A stretch of 64,000 nt of DNA from a virus. Location of the stretch: positions 62,881 through 126,880 of the IMG/VR virus record IMGVR_UViG_3300020401_000014. One strand, 5' to 3'. The first letter of the stretch is position 1; each line of letters begins with the position of its first letter. Shown in pieces: positions 49,770 through 60,003 of this stretch. The notes under the pieces were generated by a model. That model saw only the letters and a list, made by a program, of their open reading frames with translations. It did no database searches and was not told the origin of the DNA. The position numbers were made by a program, and so were the translations under genes.

Positions 49770-50126
49770 TGGTGGAGGTGGCGGGATTTGAACCCGCGTC
49801 TTGTTGATTATTCGGAATTAAGTCTACAGTAATAGCTTATTTTTTTTAATGTTTTGATATAAGCATCTAACATCTTGTTACAATTATTTTCAGTTTATGA
49901 ACAAGCAAACCTTTTCTGTTTTTACAGATTGATGACCCCTGCTAACTTATCTGTGTCCACCAGCGAGAGGTGCAGCTTTATGCTGCAAGAGCGAGCTCTT
50001 CGCGAGCGAAGGGCTCAACAGAATTAATGTTTGTAGCATTTATTCTTTTATGCCTTTTAACGAAGCCAGGCATCTCTTCGTACTGCATTAAAACTTTCAA
50101 ATAACAATCGAATCCAAAACACCCCC
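49770..50126 (-). ncRNA. ssrA: tmRNA (357 nt)
   Basis: 5' GGGGGTG...GGATTCGA; 3' GACGCGGGTTCAAATCCCGCCACCTCCACCA; tag ORF 50037-49978 encodes ATNINSVEPFAREELALAA*. Confidence 0.95.
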
Positions 50127-50133
50127 AAATACT

Positions 50134-50433
50134 TTACACTAAAGCTTCAGGAAGTTCTTCAGAAACCGTTTGGGTATTAGCAGAAACTGCTTCGGTTGCA
50201 CTACCAGCCTCTTCTACAGGCTTAGAGCGATATACGACATAATCTGGCGCATTTTCATTCTTACTCTTGCCCTTGTTAGAAAAGACAACAACTTTTACCT
50301 TTTCTGTCATGCCGGGCATCGTTTCAATTTCCAAGTTGCCAGTAAGATACTTCTGGCCCTTGCCTTGACGCACCCAAAGAGCTCCAAGCTCTCTGTCGCG
50401 CCACTCTGAGTTATTATTAGATGTATTATCCAT
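50134..50433 (-). CDS. DUF736-like putative ssDNA-binding protein with an acidic tail
   Basis: LGALW...YLTG...NENAPDYVVY. Confidence 0.55.
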   Translation of the reverse strand: MDNTSNNNSEWRDRELGALWVRQGKGQKYLTGNLEIETMPGMTEKVKVVVFSNKGKSKNENAPDYVVYRSKPVEEAGSATEAVSANTQTVSEELPEALV

Positions 50434-50458
50434 ATGTTATAAAGTATACGAAATTATA

Positions 50459-50803
50459 TTGAAAAAGTCAAGGATTTTTTTTGTGTATTTAATAATAATG
50501 CTTTTAATAATAGACGGAGTGCTTTGCGAACCGCCCTCTGAAACAACATTGTTCAGGGATATTACCTTGTTTGCGTCAGTTTTCAGGGAAAAAGAAGTTT
50601 TGTTAGAGTGCGAAAAAGAAATGAAAGACATTTACTACAAGTGGTTAAAATCTAGAGGCGCATATGATTTTGTAAAAGATATTGTCTCTTATAACAAAGA
50701 GCAAGGTTTTACAATCAGGTATAAATTTAACGATGTCTCCGCTAATCTTAAAATACGTAGAATTGGGTATCATAACTTTGATAGAATTTTAGATTCACTT
50801 TAA
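50459..50803 (+). CDS. Hypothetical protein (start uncertain)
   Basis: Isolated plus-strand ORF converging on 50795..51658. Confidence 0.4.
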   Translation: MKKSRIFFVYLIIMLLIIDGVLCEPPSETTLFRDITLFASVFREKEVLLECEKEMKDIYYKWLKSRGAYDFVKDIVSYNKEQGFTIRYKFNDVSANLKIRRIGYHNFDRILDSL

Positions 50804-51658
50804 AAAATGCTTAAAAGAAGAGTGTTTATAGGAAAACGCTCCAAAGTACATCTTTCTCTCGTCTTTTGATATTTTATAGCCCTTTGTTATTGGTGAAAGA
50901 TAAATGTTTCCTTCTTGAATTAGGCTGAATATGTAATTTTCTATCTCCCAAGGCTGATGAGCTTGTAATTTAAAAAACAAATCTTCAAAGGGTTCTGACA
51001 TTTTAGAGGGTTTTCTTACTTTAGAAAAAGAAAATATGGGATATACAGTAGCGTATGCAGAATTTTCTTTAATAGATAGTTCGAGCGCTTGCTGGTGATT
51101 TGGCATGCCAAAAAATTTATTTAAACTCCAAACAAAAAATCTATTAAATATATAATGATAATTCTCGTATGAAATACCTTCGTCAGAAAAAGACAAAACC
51201 ACGGATTTTCTCGGAGATTTTTTGATATATACAGACCTAACTACTTTTCCTGTTTTAAAATCTTTTTTAATTGCTAGGTTTATGCCTGATAAACCAGTAG
51301 ATCTATCTAGTATACATTCTGAAGAGTTGGCGCAAAAGTTATGAAATTCTTTTTTTTCTTCGTCATTATACAAAAAAGTTTCTATAAAGCTGTCAGAAAA
51401 CTTTGGAAATTTATCTAAGATTTTGCAATACAATTTTACTTTGGTAGGATTTTTTTCTGTATAATTAATGCCGAGTCCATCTAGACACCTATGGACAACT
51501 TTAATCTTTTCGGAGTGTTGCATAAACGAAAGCATTCTGTCGTCACGCAATGATTCTTCAATAACGCCTAATGTATAGTCCACTGTGCTCATGTTTCTTG
51601 TCGGATTTTTTTTTCTAAATTTCGATTTTTGAATATATGATATATGGCTGTTTTGCAC
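50795..51658 (-). CDS. Hypothetical protein
   Basis: 287-aa ORF in an overlapping operon. Confidence 0.55.
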   Translation of the reverse strand: MQNSHISYIQKSKFRKKNPTRNMSTVDYTLGVIEESLRDDRMLSFMQHSEKIKVVHRCLDGLGINYTEKNPTKVKLYCKILDKFPKFSDSFIETFLYNDEEKKEFHNFCANSSECILDRSTGLSGINLAIKKDFKTGKVVRSVYIKKSPRKSVVLSFSDEGISYENYHYIFNRFFVWSLNKFFGMPNHQQALELSIKENSAYATVYPIFSFSKVRKPSKMSEPFEDLFFKLQAHQPWEIENYIFSLIQEGNIYLSPITKGYKISKDERKMYFGAFSYKHSSFKHFLK

Positions 51659-52308
51659 ATATTATATAAAAAATAATTTTCTTTTGGGGTATAGTCTGGC
51701 GACAAACATATAAAAAGATAATCAAAGTCTATATCTTGTGTGCATTTTAAAGCTCTAGTGTTAGTAAAAATTTTAGGCTTTTGTTTCACAAAATTTTGTG
51801 AGATGGGGTGAGAAAATGCTCTCTTGCTAGAAAAAAGTAAATTTCTAGAATCTATAACTCCATAATTGTCGCAATAATGCATGGCTTTATTAAAGGTTTC
51901 TATCATCTCTTCAGAAAACTCCTCTGAGGCGGGCTGTTTAATCCATGTATAGCTTTCTACTCTTTTGTTTAATAAAGCCCATAGAACCCAGTCTGCGGAG
52001 CTTACAACGCCATTCTGCACTTCGGGTATAGAAGTATCTCCTGTGTAAAAAATATCATGGTGTAAATCAATATTATATATGTTTAAAGGTTTATTTATTT
52101 TTTTAATTAAATCTAATATGTCTACATGATATTGTGCAAATAAAATATTATCTTGATCTTGTATTTTTGTGGCAGTTTCACATACTACTTCAAATAAATC
52201 ATCTATATCATTGTTACAAAGACAATAATCAATATCTACAGACAATAAATTAACATCACTCATAAGAAAAAATATTAAAATGAAAAACAGGATGCGAGCA
52301 GCATTCAA
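51589..52308 (-). CDS. UPF0489/arginase-fold-like metallo-hydrolase
   Basis: SVDIDY, NIDLHHD, ICLSPDY metal-binding-like motifs. Confidence 0.5.
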   Translation of the reverse strand: MNAARILFFILIFFLMSDVNLLSVDIDYCLCNNDIDDLFEVVCETATKIQDQDNILFAQYHVDILDLIKKINKPLNIYNIDLHHDIFYTGDTSIPEVQNGVVSSADWVLWALLNKRVESYTWIKQPASEEFSEEMIETFNKAMHYCDNYGVIDSRNLLFSSKRAFSHPISQNFVKQKPKIFTNTRALKCTQDIDFDYLFICLSPDYTPKENYFLYNMCKTAIYHIFKNRNLEKKIRQET

Positions 52309-52724
52309 TGCAATTAAAAAATCTAGTTTGAGTGTTTTTTGTTTTAAGAAATAATCCGTTTTTAATTTGTGTGGTTTTTAATTCTAAGTCTGGCGAAAAA
52401 ACATCAAGATTTAAACTGTCGCCAAGTAACTGAGTCATCATTTCTCCTCCATTTATTATTTTAGACCTTGTAGCAAAATAAATCCAGTGGTTGTATATGT
52501 TTTTATCTCGATGCTCCATAAAATCATGCGCTCCGATGGGCAAGCCGTTGGCCATAAAGCAATTAACAATGCAGCCGGGATTATTTATAATTAAATTATG
52601 TTTGTTTAATATTTTAGTTACTAAATTTTCAATAAAATTATTTTTTTCTATAGAATTATCATAAATCAATAAAGCTCCATAATTTTGGGCATTGTATTGT
52701 TCTTCTAATTTTATTATATCTGAT

Positions 52725-53369
52725 TCACTTATCATGTAATAAAAGTTTGTTAGAAGGTACTACTTTTTTAAAATTTTGATTTGTTTCTTTAAATATTTTA
52801 AGCCAACCAAACAGTCTTCCGACTAAAGGAAAATAAAGTATGCTATCTTTTGGTATGCCAGAATCAAGAAGCAGGCAGGCGATTGCGCAACCAATGTTAA
52901 GCTCTACGGGTAAAGATTGGTCAAGATATAAACAAAAAGATGTTCTGGGCCCATGCAAATCAATAAATTCTGTCAATAAAAACTCAACCCTAGGGTCTTT
53001 ATTCTTAATAGATGGGTGACCGAAACCTGGAACCCTAGGGTATTTTGATAAAACACTGCTTGCGGAATTCATATAGTTGTCTTCTATGAAGCATGCAATC
53101 TCGTCAAGCAAGAGATGTTGGTCTGTTATGCAATTCAATGCCGAAGCAGCAGAAGCCGAAAAAGAAGCCCCAGAGTTTGCAGCCAAAGCAATCACACAAG
53201 AGCTTGGAGGCTCTTTTTGGTTGTAAAATTCAATAAAAATTTCACTAACAGCATTTAAGAGCTCGCAAGTTCTTGAGTCGCAAGACCTTTTGGTTAATTG
53301 TTGATATATATTATTATAAAAATTAAATTCTACATTCATATTTGGAGCTATATATATTATATTCTGCAT
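52725..53369 (-). CDS. Citrate synthase/citryl-CoA lyase-like protein
   Basis: RVPGFGHP...DPRV, NIGCAIA. Confidence 0.6.
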   Translation of the reverse strand: MQNIIYIAPNMNVEFNFYNNIYQQLTKRSCDSRTCELLNAVSEIFIEFYNQKEPPSSCVIALAANSGASFSASAASALNCITDQHLLLDEIACFIEDNYMNSASSVLSKYPRVPGFGHPSIKNKDPRVEFLLTEFIDLHGPRTSFCLYLDQSLPVELNIGCAIACLLLDSGIPKDSILYFPLVGRLFGWLKIFKETNQNFKKVVPSNKLLLHDK

Positions 53370-53808
53370 TGATTTTTTTCGACAAAAAATTACAACTATT
53401 TATAGAGTCTTGATTTGAATTCAATATCTCTCCTATTACCCGCTCAACCCCTTTTTCTTTTAACAAATTAAAACAATGCTGATGCATCATATACGCGACT
53501 CCCTGGCTTCTGTATTCAGGCTCTACATAGGTAAACAAACCAACCGCTGTTATGCTTTTTAAATGATAAAGTTGATTGGCGCAAGTGGAAATGCAAGATA
53601 TTCCTATGCTTTTTCCGTCTTCCAATCCAAACACTATTGGGTCGTCATTTACTAAAGCAGGTCGAATATCTGTTGAGTATATAAAATCTATATTGTGCTG
53701 GTTATTTACTAGTTCGTGCTGAAAACAATTAGAAGCTATAGCCTTTGAAATAAATTTTTTTATTCTGTCTTCGTCTTCAAGGCTAGCTCTTTTAGTGAAC
53801 ACATTCAT
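53323..53808 (-). CDS. GNAT acetyltransferase
   Basis: YVEPEYRSQGVA acetyl-CoA-binding motif. Confidence 0.75.
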   Translation of the reverse strand: MNVFTKRASLEDEDRIKKFISKAIASNCFQHELVNNQHNIDFIYSTDIRPALVNDDPIVFGLEDGKSIGISCISTCANQLYHLKSITAVGLFTYVEPEYRSQGVAYMMHQHCFNLLKEKGVERVIGEILNSNQDSINSCNFLSKKINAEYNIYSSKYECRI

Positions 53809-54787
53809 AATATTCTACAGATTCAAAAGCAGACAAGTCGTTTCCTCCCGCATAAGAGATCCCGCTCTGCACATCTTGTTTTATTTCGCTGAGCTTTTGA
53901 TTGTAAGTCATGTTGTTGCAGCTAATATTAGTCAACTTTCCTTCTACGTGATTATCATGCCCCTTATTTTCCGCACTTGCGGAGCCAAAATAAGCCTTAT
54001 GTGGCACTTTGTTAACTATACTTGGTACTGCGGGGCTGTCCGTACAAGCAGCAAATAAACCACCCGCCATGACCATTGTCGCACCAGCAACAAGAGCTTT
54101 AGTGATATCTCCGTTGCACTGAACTCCGCCGTCAGCAATAATTGGGATTAATTCAGATTCATGGTGTTCCAAATCAAAAGAAGAATCTCTATAGGTTTTA
54201 GAGCAGTTTTGCACACAAGAAAACATAGGCATAGTAAATCCAGTCTTATCTTTAGTTGTGCATGGAGAACCCTGGCCGATTCCGACTTTGACCACGTCGG
54301 CACCCCAAGACGCTAAGTCTCGAACGGCGGCGCAGGTTGCAACATTGCCCGCAATGATTTTAGTTTCTGGCATAAACTTTTTAATACATTTAATTGCGGT
54401 CTTCATCCTTTCGCAATGGCCATGAGCAATATCAATAGTAATAAAGTCAACTCTTTGCTTGTATTTAGAAAGCGCCACTATGTCTTTTTTGTCTTTCATT
54501 TGAACTCCCATACTCACTGATATTGTGTCCCAGTTTTCATCATTCATCTGGGATACAATGTTCTTGAGGGAATTATCAAACCTATGCATTATGTAAAAAT
54601 AATTATTTTCGCTCATCCATTTTGCGACCTGCATACTAATAACAGATTTCATGTTTGCGGGAATAATTGGTAGTTGGAATTTTTTCCCACACAAGCTAAC
54701 ACTGGTGTCGCAGTCTGATCTGCTATAGCACTCGCTATATTTTGGGATCAAGCAGATTTGATTATATTTTAAGGCTTTCATATTCAT
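53792..54787 (-). CDS. guaC: GMP reductase
   Basis: PANM, IDIAHGH, IAGNVAT, KVGIGQGSPCTT, IIADGG, YFGSAS, SYAGG. Confidence 0.92.
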   Translation of the reverse strand: MNMKALKYNQICLIPKYSECYSRSDCDTSVSLCGKKFQLPIIPANMKSVISMQVAKWMSENNYFYIMHRFDNSLKNIVSQMNDENWDTISVSMGVQMKDKKDIVALSKYKQRVDFITIDIAHGHCERMKTAIKCIKKFMPETKIIAGNVATCAAVRDLASWGADVVKVGIGQGSPCTTKDKTGFTMPMFSCVQNCSKTYRDSSFDLEHHESELIPIIADGGVQCNGDITKALVAGATMVMAGGLFAACTDSPAVPSIVNKVPHKAYFGSASAENKGHDNHVEGKLTNISCNNMTYNQKLSEIKQDVQSGISYAGGNDLSAFESVEYYECVH

Positions 54788-55739
54788 TTTTTAAACTTTG
54801 CAAAAGGGAGTAAGGGGCGATGCGATTGGCAACCTCAAAGACATGGCTAGAAAATAGGCAAGAAAATAAGTATTTATCTAAATTGAGTTCATCTACAAAA
54901 TCTCTACTAACACCAATTGAATTAGACAAACTAACAGCATAATGTCCAGTCATGCATGGAATGTAAATTACATCTCCACGAGATAGATCATTAACAAAAA
55001 CATCTATACCTTTTAAACTTTCTAGCAAAGAGTCAATTCTGCTATTTTTTAGAACAGAAGTGACTTCAATTGCAGATCTTTGTTCATTAAGATCAAACCT
55101 TAAGGATTCTATATCTTCATCCGCGTGCTTGTCTTCAAGTTCAATTTGATCTTTGGGCATAATTGTAAAAAATCTTTTTTGCCCATCACATTGTTGTATG
55201 GTTGTGTGAATAGAATCATGGTCTGTGTGAAGCTCGCTCAGAGTTCCTTTTGGGCCAATAAAAAACCAAGTGTGTCTTTTGCCTTCAAGTACAGATTTTT
55301 TCATTAAAGGCATATATTTGTCAAACCAATCACCCATAAAACTCGGGCAAGAAAAGAACTTTGCAAGATCTGGGTTGTAATTAGAGTCCATCTCAAGACA
55401 ATATAATTTATCACTAGGATGATATTCTTTGAAAAAAGATTCTCCTGTTAATTGGTTTTCTGTATAGCAATTTTGCAGGCTTTTCCTTTCTGTGATATAG
55501 TTAATGTAGTCATGAAAGTCACACTCAATTCTTTCTGATGTGTTACATAACGATCTTCTTAGTACTACTTTTATATTAGGAATTAAGGTTTTAATTGTGT
55601 CGAAATTTAATCTATTGGCCCATTCATTTTCAATAGAATCTTTGAATACCATAGGTTTGCCACGAAGTTTTTTAAATTCTTCAGGGCTTGGCTTGCTTAA
55701 ATACGGCAGGCTCTTAATTTCTTTTAATAATGGCGCCAC
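54762..55739 (-). CDS. JmjC/cupin-like 2OG-Fe(II) oxygenase
   Basis: FIGPKGTLSELHTD (HxD), G.KRF, GDVIYIP..TGH. Confidence 0.8.
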   Translation of the reverse strand: MAPLLKEIKSLPYLSKPSPEEFKKLRGKPMVFKDSIENEWANRLNFDTIKTLIPNIKVVLRRSLCNTSERIECDFHDYINYITERKSLQNCYTENQLTGESFFKEYHPSDKLYCLEMDSNYNPDLAKFFSCPSFMGDWFDKYMPLMKKSVLEGKRHTWFFIGPKGTLSELHTDHDSIHTTIQQCDGQKRFFTIMPKDQIELEDKHADEDIESLRFDLNEQRSAIEVTSVLKNSRIDSLLESLKGIDVFVNDLSRGDVIYIPCMTGHYAVSLSNSIGVSRDFVDELNLDKYLFSCLFSSHVFEVANRIAPYSLLQSLKNEYESLKI

Positions 55740-55887
55740 TCGTCTTCGTCTGATTGATTGCCGTTTAAATTAAACTTAAACTTGTCTTTGTAAGCCCATA
55801 TAATACCGCCAATAATAGAAAACACAAGCCAATCTCCTGTAAAAAAAGAAATATATTCTTTGTCTGGTAGTGTTGCTAGTATCTCAA

Positions 55888-56427
55888 TCATCTAAATTCC
55901 TTTCGTAAAAGTCTCCATCTATCTGAATCAATTTGTTTATTGCCATCATTAATAGCATACAACATATCTACTATTTCGTCAAGACTATTATAGATATATT
56001 TGTGCGGAAGCATGCCCAGCATCCATAGCGGAGTCTTTGCTTTGCCACCCTCCATGCTTATAAAGATGGGTTTTTTCATTCTTACTGCCGTCACTATCTC
56101 TTCAGCAGAGCCCCAAGAGGCAACATCTGGAACAAGGTGCGCCACAATAAAATCACTTCTATCTACCAAGTTTAGATCGTACGCTCGAACAGTCTTCATT
56201 CTGTCTGTAACTCGGTCATACTGCTTAGTTTTCATCCAGGTTTCCATTTCTTGTCGAGAAGCTTCATCTTCTTCTACGTCTTTCATAAATGGCTTTTTGT
56301 ATGGATCAAAGCAGGTTACATTCAATGGTTGTAGTTTTTCTGTAACTTCTTCCCTCCAGTTGCGCCCAGACAAATACTGCATGTGGCCAACTAAGTAGGT
56401 TTTTGTTTTATACAATAAGTTTGACAT
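55888..56427 (-). CDS. Nucleoside 2-deoxyribosyltransferase-like protein
   Basis: YLVG, FDPY, DLNLVDRSD, GSAEE. Confidence 0.7.
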   Translation of the reverse strand: MSNLLYKTKTYLVGHMQYLSGRNWREEVTEKLQPLNVTCFDPYKKPFMKDVEEDEASRQEMETWMKTKQYDRVTDRMKTVRAYDLNLVDRSDFIVAHLVPDVASWGSAEEIVTAVRMKKPIFISMEGGKAKTPLWMLGMLPHKYIYNSLDEIVDMLYAINDGNKQIDSDRWRLLRKEFR

Positions 56428-56467
56428 ATTTTAACTTTACTATAAAAGCAAAGTTTTGTCAAGTTTT

Positions 56468-57112
56468 TTATTCTGGAGCTTTGCCGCCTTCCCAAGCTTC
56501 ATTATAGTCTGGAGTGCTTGGGTCATCTGGAATAAATTTTCCGTCTTTATCTCTTGCTCGTTTAGGTGCCATTTCTGAGCCTATTGGCGGAGGAGTTTCT
56601 CCTTCTGCTCGCTCGATTTTTTCCCACTTAATTTCTGGGCGAGGTTCATCGTAAAACTCAACCGATTCATGTTCTTCAAGTTTTTCAGTTTTTTCTTGTT
56701 CGTCAGATAAAAAGTTCTCGCCGCTTTCTTCATAAATTTCTACGCCACACATAAATACCTTAACTGCGTCGTCGTATTTAAAATTAGGGACTGCAGGAAG
56801 TTTTAAGTAATTCGCGTGACCTTTTTCATAAAAACCTTCGGTTTGAGGAGCCTCTCTTAATGCTTGACGAAAACTCTTTAGAGAGCTTAGTTCTTCTTCG
56901 CTTAAATCGCTGTCCGGCATAACCATCCAGTCTGTCATGTTGAGAATTTTATTACGTATACTCGTAATAGAAGTAACTTCTGCGATATTTGCAGGTTCTT
57001 TAAGTTTTTGAGCAGCATTAAAGTTGTTTAATGCATTGTCAAGCATTTGACTCATGTTCGCAGGGTCAAATTCGTTGATCATACTTTGATTAATTTGTTG
57101 TGATTTGTCCAT
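56468..57112 (-). CDS. Tail fibre assembly chaperone-like protein
   Basis: RNKILNMTDWMVMPD...FRQALREAPQ; C-terminal RARDKDGKFIPDDPSTPDYNEAW. Confidence 0.65.
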   Translation of the reverse strand: MDKSQQINQSMINEFDPANMSQMLDNALNNFNAAQKLKEPANIAEVTSITSIRNKILNMTDWMVMPDSDLSEEELSSLKSFRQALREAPQTEGFYEKGHANYLKLPAVPNFKYDDAVKVFMCGVEIYEESGENFLSDEQEKTEKLEEHESVEFYDEPRPEIKWEKIERAEGETPPPIGSEMAPKRARDKDGKFIPDDPSTPDYNEAWEGGKAPE

Positions 57113-57118
57113 TATAAA

Positions 57119-59929
57119 TTAGGGGTCTTCGTCTCCTTGTGTTCTTGGGCTACCGCTTGATAAGTGTTGATTCCAATACCAAGGATCATTTTCTTTCCAC
57201 CAGTATGGTTCTTTCCTCAGGTTAATTCCATTTGTAAAAGAATGAATTGCTGGGCGTGATTCAAGATCGAACCAGTATTTAATAATATCGTCGTTACTAG
57301 TATGGACAGCATATGGATTGTTGTATGTGTCTAACGGAATTAAAAAGTTGTGTCCTTCTCCTGGGTCGGTATCATCACCAGTCGTCCGTCCAGCATAATA
57401 ATTTTGATGACTAAATGAATATTGGGCGAAGTTCCAAGTTCCTTGGTACGCCCAGCTTTCTGCTCTACTTATAACAGGCAATTGAGCGATATATGTTATT
57501 CCGACTCCAACACTATCTACCCCTCCAAGAAAATTCTTTAACTCTCCAGGAAAACTACTAAATTTTACCATTTCACTTCCGCCTATTGTTGGGTAATTTT
57601 GGGGCGATTGTGCGCCGGCATTAGAACCGTGTAATAAAACAGGATGATCGCAAATATCATTACCTTCTTGATATTTAAACGCACCAACCGAACTTGAAAG
57701 AGTATTTGGACAAGGATAAACCCCTCCAGACAATGAACTATAATGAGTGCCTGTATTTGTTGAAACGTGAAAAGAAAACTTTGTTATTCCCCCTCCATAA
57801 AGGCCATCTAGTACATTCAAAACTATAGGCCTAACACCCAAGCTAGATAGGTTTCCTGATCCAGTTGAACTAATTCCTCCCCAGGCGTCAGGAACATATG
57901 TCATGGTAGAATAATGCTTTGCTAAGAAAATTTTTGCATCTGTGGAAGAAAAACTATAACCAGAACTACACGGGCTCTGAATAGTCGTTCCAATTCTTGT
58001 GTTTTTACCTGTAGCAAAATGCTGAAGAAAATTGGCAGTCTCTTGTCCATAAGCGTCTAAACCTAATACCCCAGTATTACTTCCCATTGAGGAACGCATG
58101 TAATGTCTGTAGCCTCGATTGTCATAAAATCCGTAGTTTCCATCTCCTTCAGAAACATAAGATAGTTGGCTTTGTGACATGTAATTGTCTGCGCTATTGT
58201 TATTCATAACATAAGGCCCTTTCACTATGCCTGGCATAGTTTCAGCATAAGTTCCTCCTGCTCCAACTGTAGCCATTTTCCAAGCTTGCCAAGGTAATGA
58301 AGCCGAGCAATGTTCAATGTTCCAGAGATATTTATCTTTGTCATTTGGAACGTCACTGTTTTGGTAACTTTGCGGGGTGACTCCTCGATAATACCAATTC
58401 AAGCCGTGTACATCATAATATTGCCAGCTGGTATCGTTAATGTTTCCGTGCCCACCAGTAAGCCATTCATGGTTCTGGCCGCTGGCCCAATTTATAAAAG
58501 TTAAGTCAGTCTCTCCATGAGTTGTGCCAGACTCTCCGAATCCAAACTTAGCTCCATGGCTAGCTAGTGTTGTTCCGTCATGATAACGAAGTGTATCTCT
58601 GTCCATCGTAAGTTGTCCAAGAGACCTAGACCAGCCATGAAAAAGCGGGTCGAAAACTAAAGTAGATGCGCCAGTGATACTGCTGCCTGGATTTCCAACT
58701 TCAGCAATTTTAACAATTTGCTGTGGGGCTGCTTCAAAACTAGCTTCTGATATTCCATCATCTGCTGGACAAGCTGAGTAAGCAAGATCTGGATTTGCAA
58801 GAACGTTTTCTCTGTTTTTCATAGAAGCAGCGTAAGCTGATGGAGTAGTTCCGCAGCTATAATGTCTAAGGTTGCACATAATATATACGCTACCCCCTTC
58901 GATCACTTCGAAAATTGTTGAAGATCCATGTTTTGTTACAAAAGAACATCCTCTTTGATTTGCAATAACATGTAATGTGGATTCTAAATTTGAGGTCTTT
59001 TCTCCGAACATATGAACCCTTCCGTTACTAACTCTAAAAAATCTTTGATTTCCTAGCCGTGGCCCATGTGCGTAATCAGCAAATGTTAAGCCTGCAATAT
59101 AAATTTTAGGAATATCTCTAAACCATATTCTTAATCCAGCATGCCCTCCGAAGTGAACATACAGGTCTGTAAGAGTTTCTTTGGGTCCATAATCTGCATC
59201 AAGCCCCCTTCTATCTTTGTGGCCGTTGGCAACAGATGTTGCACGATTCATGTTGGCACTATGCGGGCCTCCAGCAGTGTTATGATCTGGTATCCATCTG
59301 GTATACGCGTATGTATCATCGGGATGTCCTTTGCCTACACCCCAAGCCGCCACATCATTATAATAAGTTCCAACAAATCTATGTTTACTAGTTATTGAAA
59401 ATGTTCTTAAATTCATTGCGGATGTAGCATTCGGTCCAAATTCTCCTAATTTATCCCCTTTTTCAAAACAATAGGTTGAGCCGCATATATCAATTTGTAA
59501 TTCCCATCCACCTGGCACATTATACTTTGCCCAAATCATTGCTTGGTGCAGTGTATGAAAAGGTCTATTCAGAACAAACATTGGAACTGGTTGGTCGTAA
59601 GATGTAAAATGGCAAAGATCTGTTTTGAATAAATCTTCTGGAGTATTTCCTCGTCCTGGATAAACCAGCATCCAGGCTTTGTCTCCCCATTCTTCTGTGG
59701 CCGGTCTGTTTACGCCATAAATATCTGTCACGCTCTTAGCTCCAACCATGATTTTAGCTCTTGTAATCATTGAGCCTTGTCCGGCGCTGTCAGATGCAAG
59801 CATGCCTTCTGAAATTAACCTATTTAACGGAACACTTCGTGTTGTACCATCAGCCTGAGCAATTAACAAAGAATCTGCAGAAGATAATGCGTCGGCGGTA
59901 GGAAGTTGTCGAACTGTAATGTTTGCCAT
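57119..59929 (-). CDS. Large virion or tail-fibre-like protein
   Basis: 936 aa, G/S/T/Y-rich; N-terminal ITVRQLPTA...D.LLI.Q...T resembles tail-fibre anchors; next to a chaperone gene. Confidence 0.55.
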   Translation of the reverse strand: MANITVRQLPTADALSSADSLLIAQADGTTRSVPLNRLISEGMLASDSAGQGSMITRAKIMVGAKSVTDIYGVNRPATEEWGDKAWMLVYPGRGNTPEDLFKTDLCHFTSYDQPVPMFVLNRPFHTLHQAMIWAKYNVPGGWELQIDICGSTYCFEKGDKLGEFGPNATSAMNLRTFSITSKHRFVGTYYNDVAAWGVGKGHPDDTYAYTRWIPDHNTAGGPHSANMNRATSVANGHKDRRGLDADYGPKETLTDLYVHFGGHAGLRIWFRDIPKIYIAGLTFADYAHGPRLGNQRFFRVSNGRVHMFGEKTSNLESTLHVIANQRGCSFVTKHGSSTIFEVIEGGSVYIMCNLRHYSCGTTPSAYAASMKNRENVLANPDLAYSACPADDGISEASFEAAPQQIVKIAEVGNPGSSITGASTLVFDPLFHGWSRSLGQLTMDRDTLRYHDGTTLASHGAKFGFGESGTTHGETDLTFINWASGQNHEWLTGGHGNINDTSWQYYDVHGLNWYYRGVTPQSYQNSDVPNDKDKYLWNIEHCSASLPWQAWKMATVGAGGTYAETMPGIVKGPYVMNNNSADNYMSQSQLSYVSEGDGNYGFYDNRGYRHYMRSSMGSNTGVLGLDAYGQETANFLQHFATGKNTRIGTTIQSPCSSGYSFSSTDAKIFLAKHYSTMTYVPDAWGGISSTGSGNLSSLGVRPIVLNVLDGLYGGGITKFSFHVSTNTGTHYSSLSGGVYPCPNTLSSSVGAFKYQEGNDICDHPVLLHGSNAGAQSPQNYPTIGGSEMVKFSSFPGELKNFLGGVDSVGVGITYIAQLPVISRAESWAYQGTWNFAQYSFSHQNYYAGRTTGDDTDPGEGHNFLIPLDTYNNPYAVHTSNDDIIKYWFDLESRPAIHSFTNGINLRKEPYWWKENDPWYWNQHLSSGSPRTQGDEDP

Positions 59930-60003
59930 GTAACTATATTACACTCAAAAAAAATAAAAATCAAAAAAAATTACATTGGTTGTGTTTATGTGTAAATATA
60001 TGC

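Noticed and set aside
49481-49807. Plus-strand ORF ending VEVAGFEPASC
   Set aside because: It is a shadow of a minus-strand gene and the tmRNA 3' end; that peptide is the typical antisense translation of a T arm.
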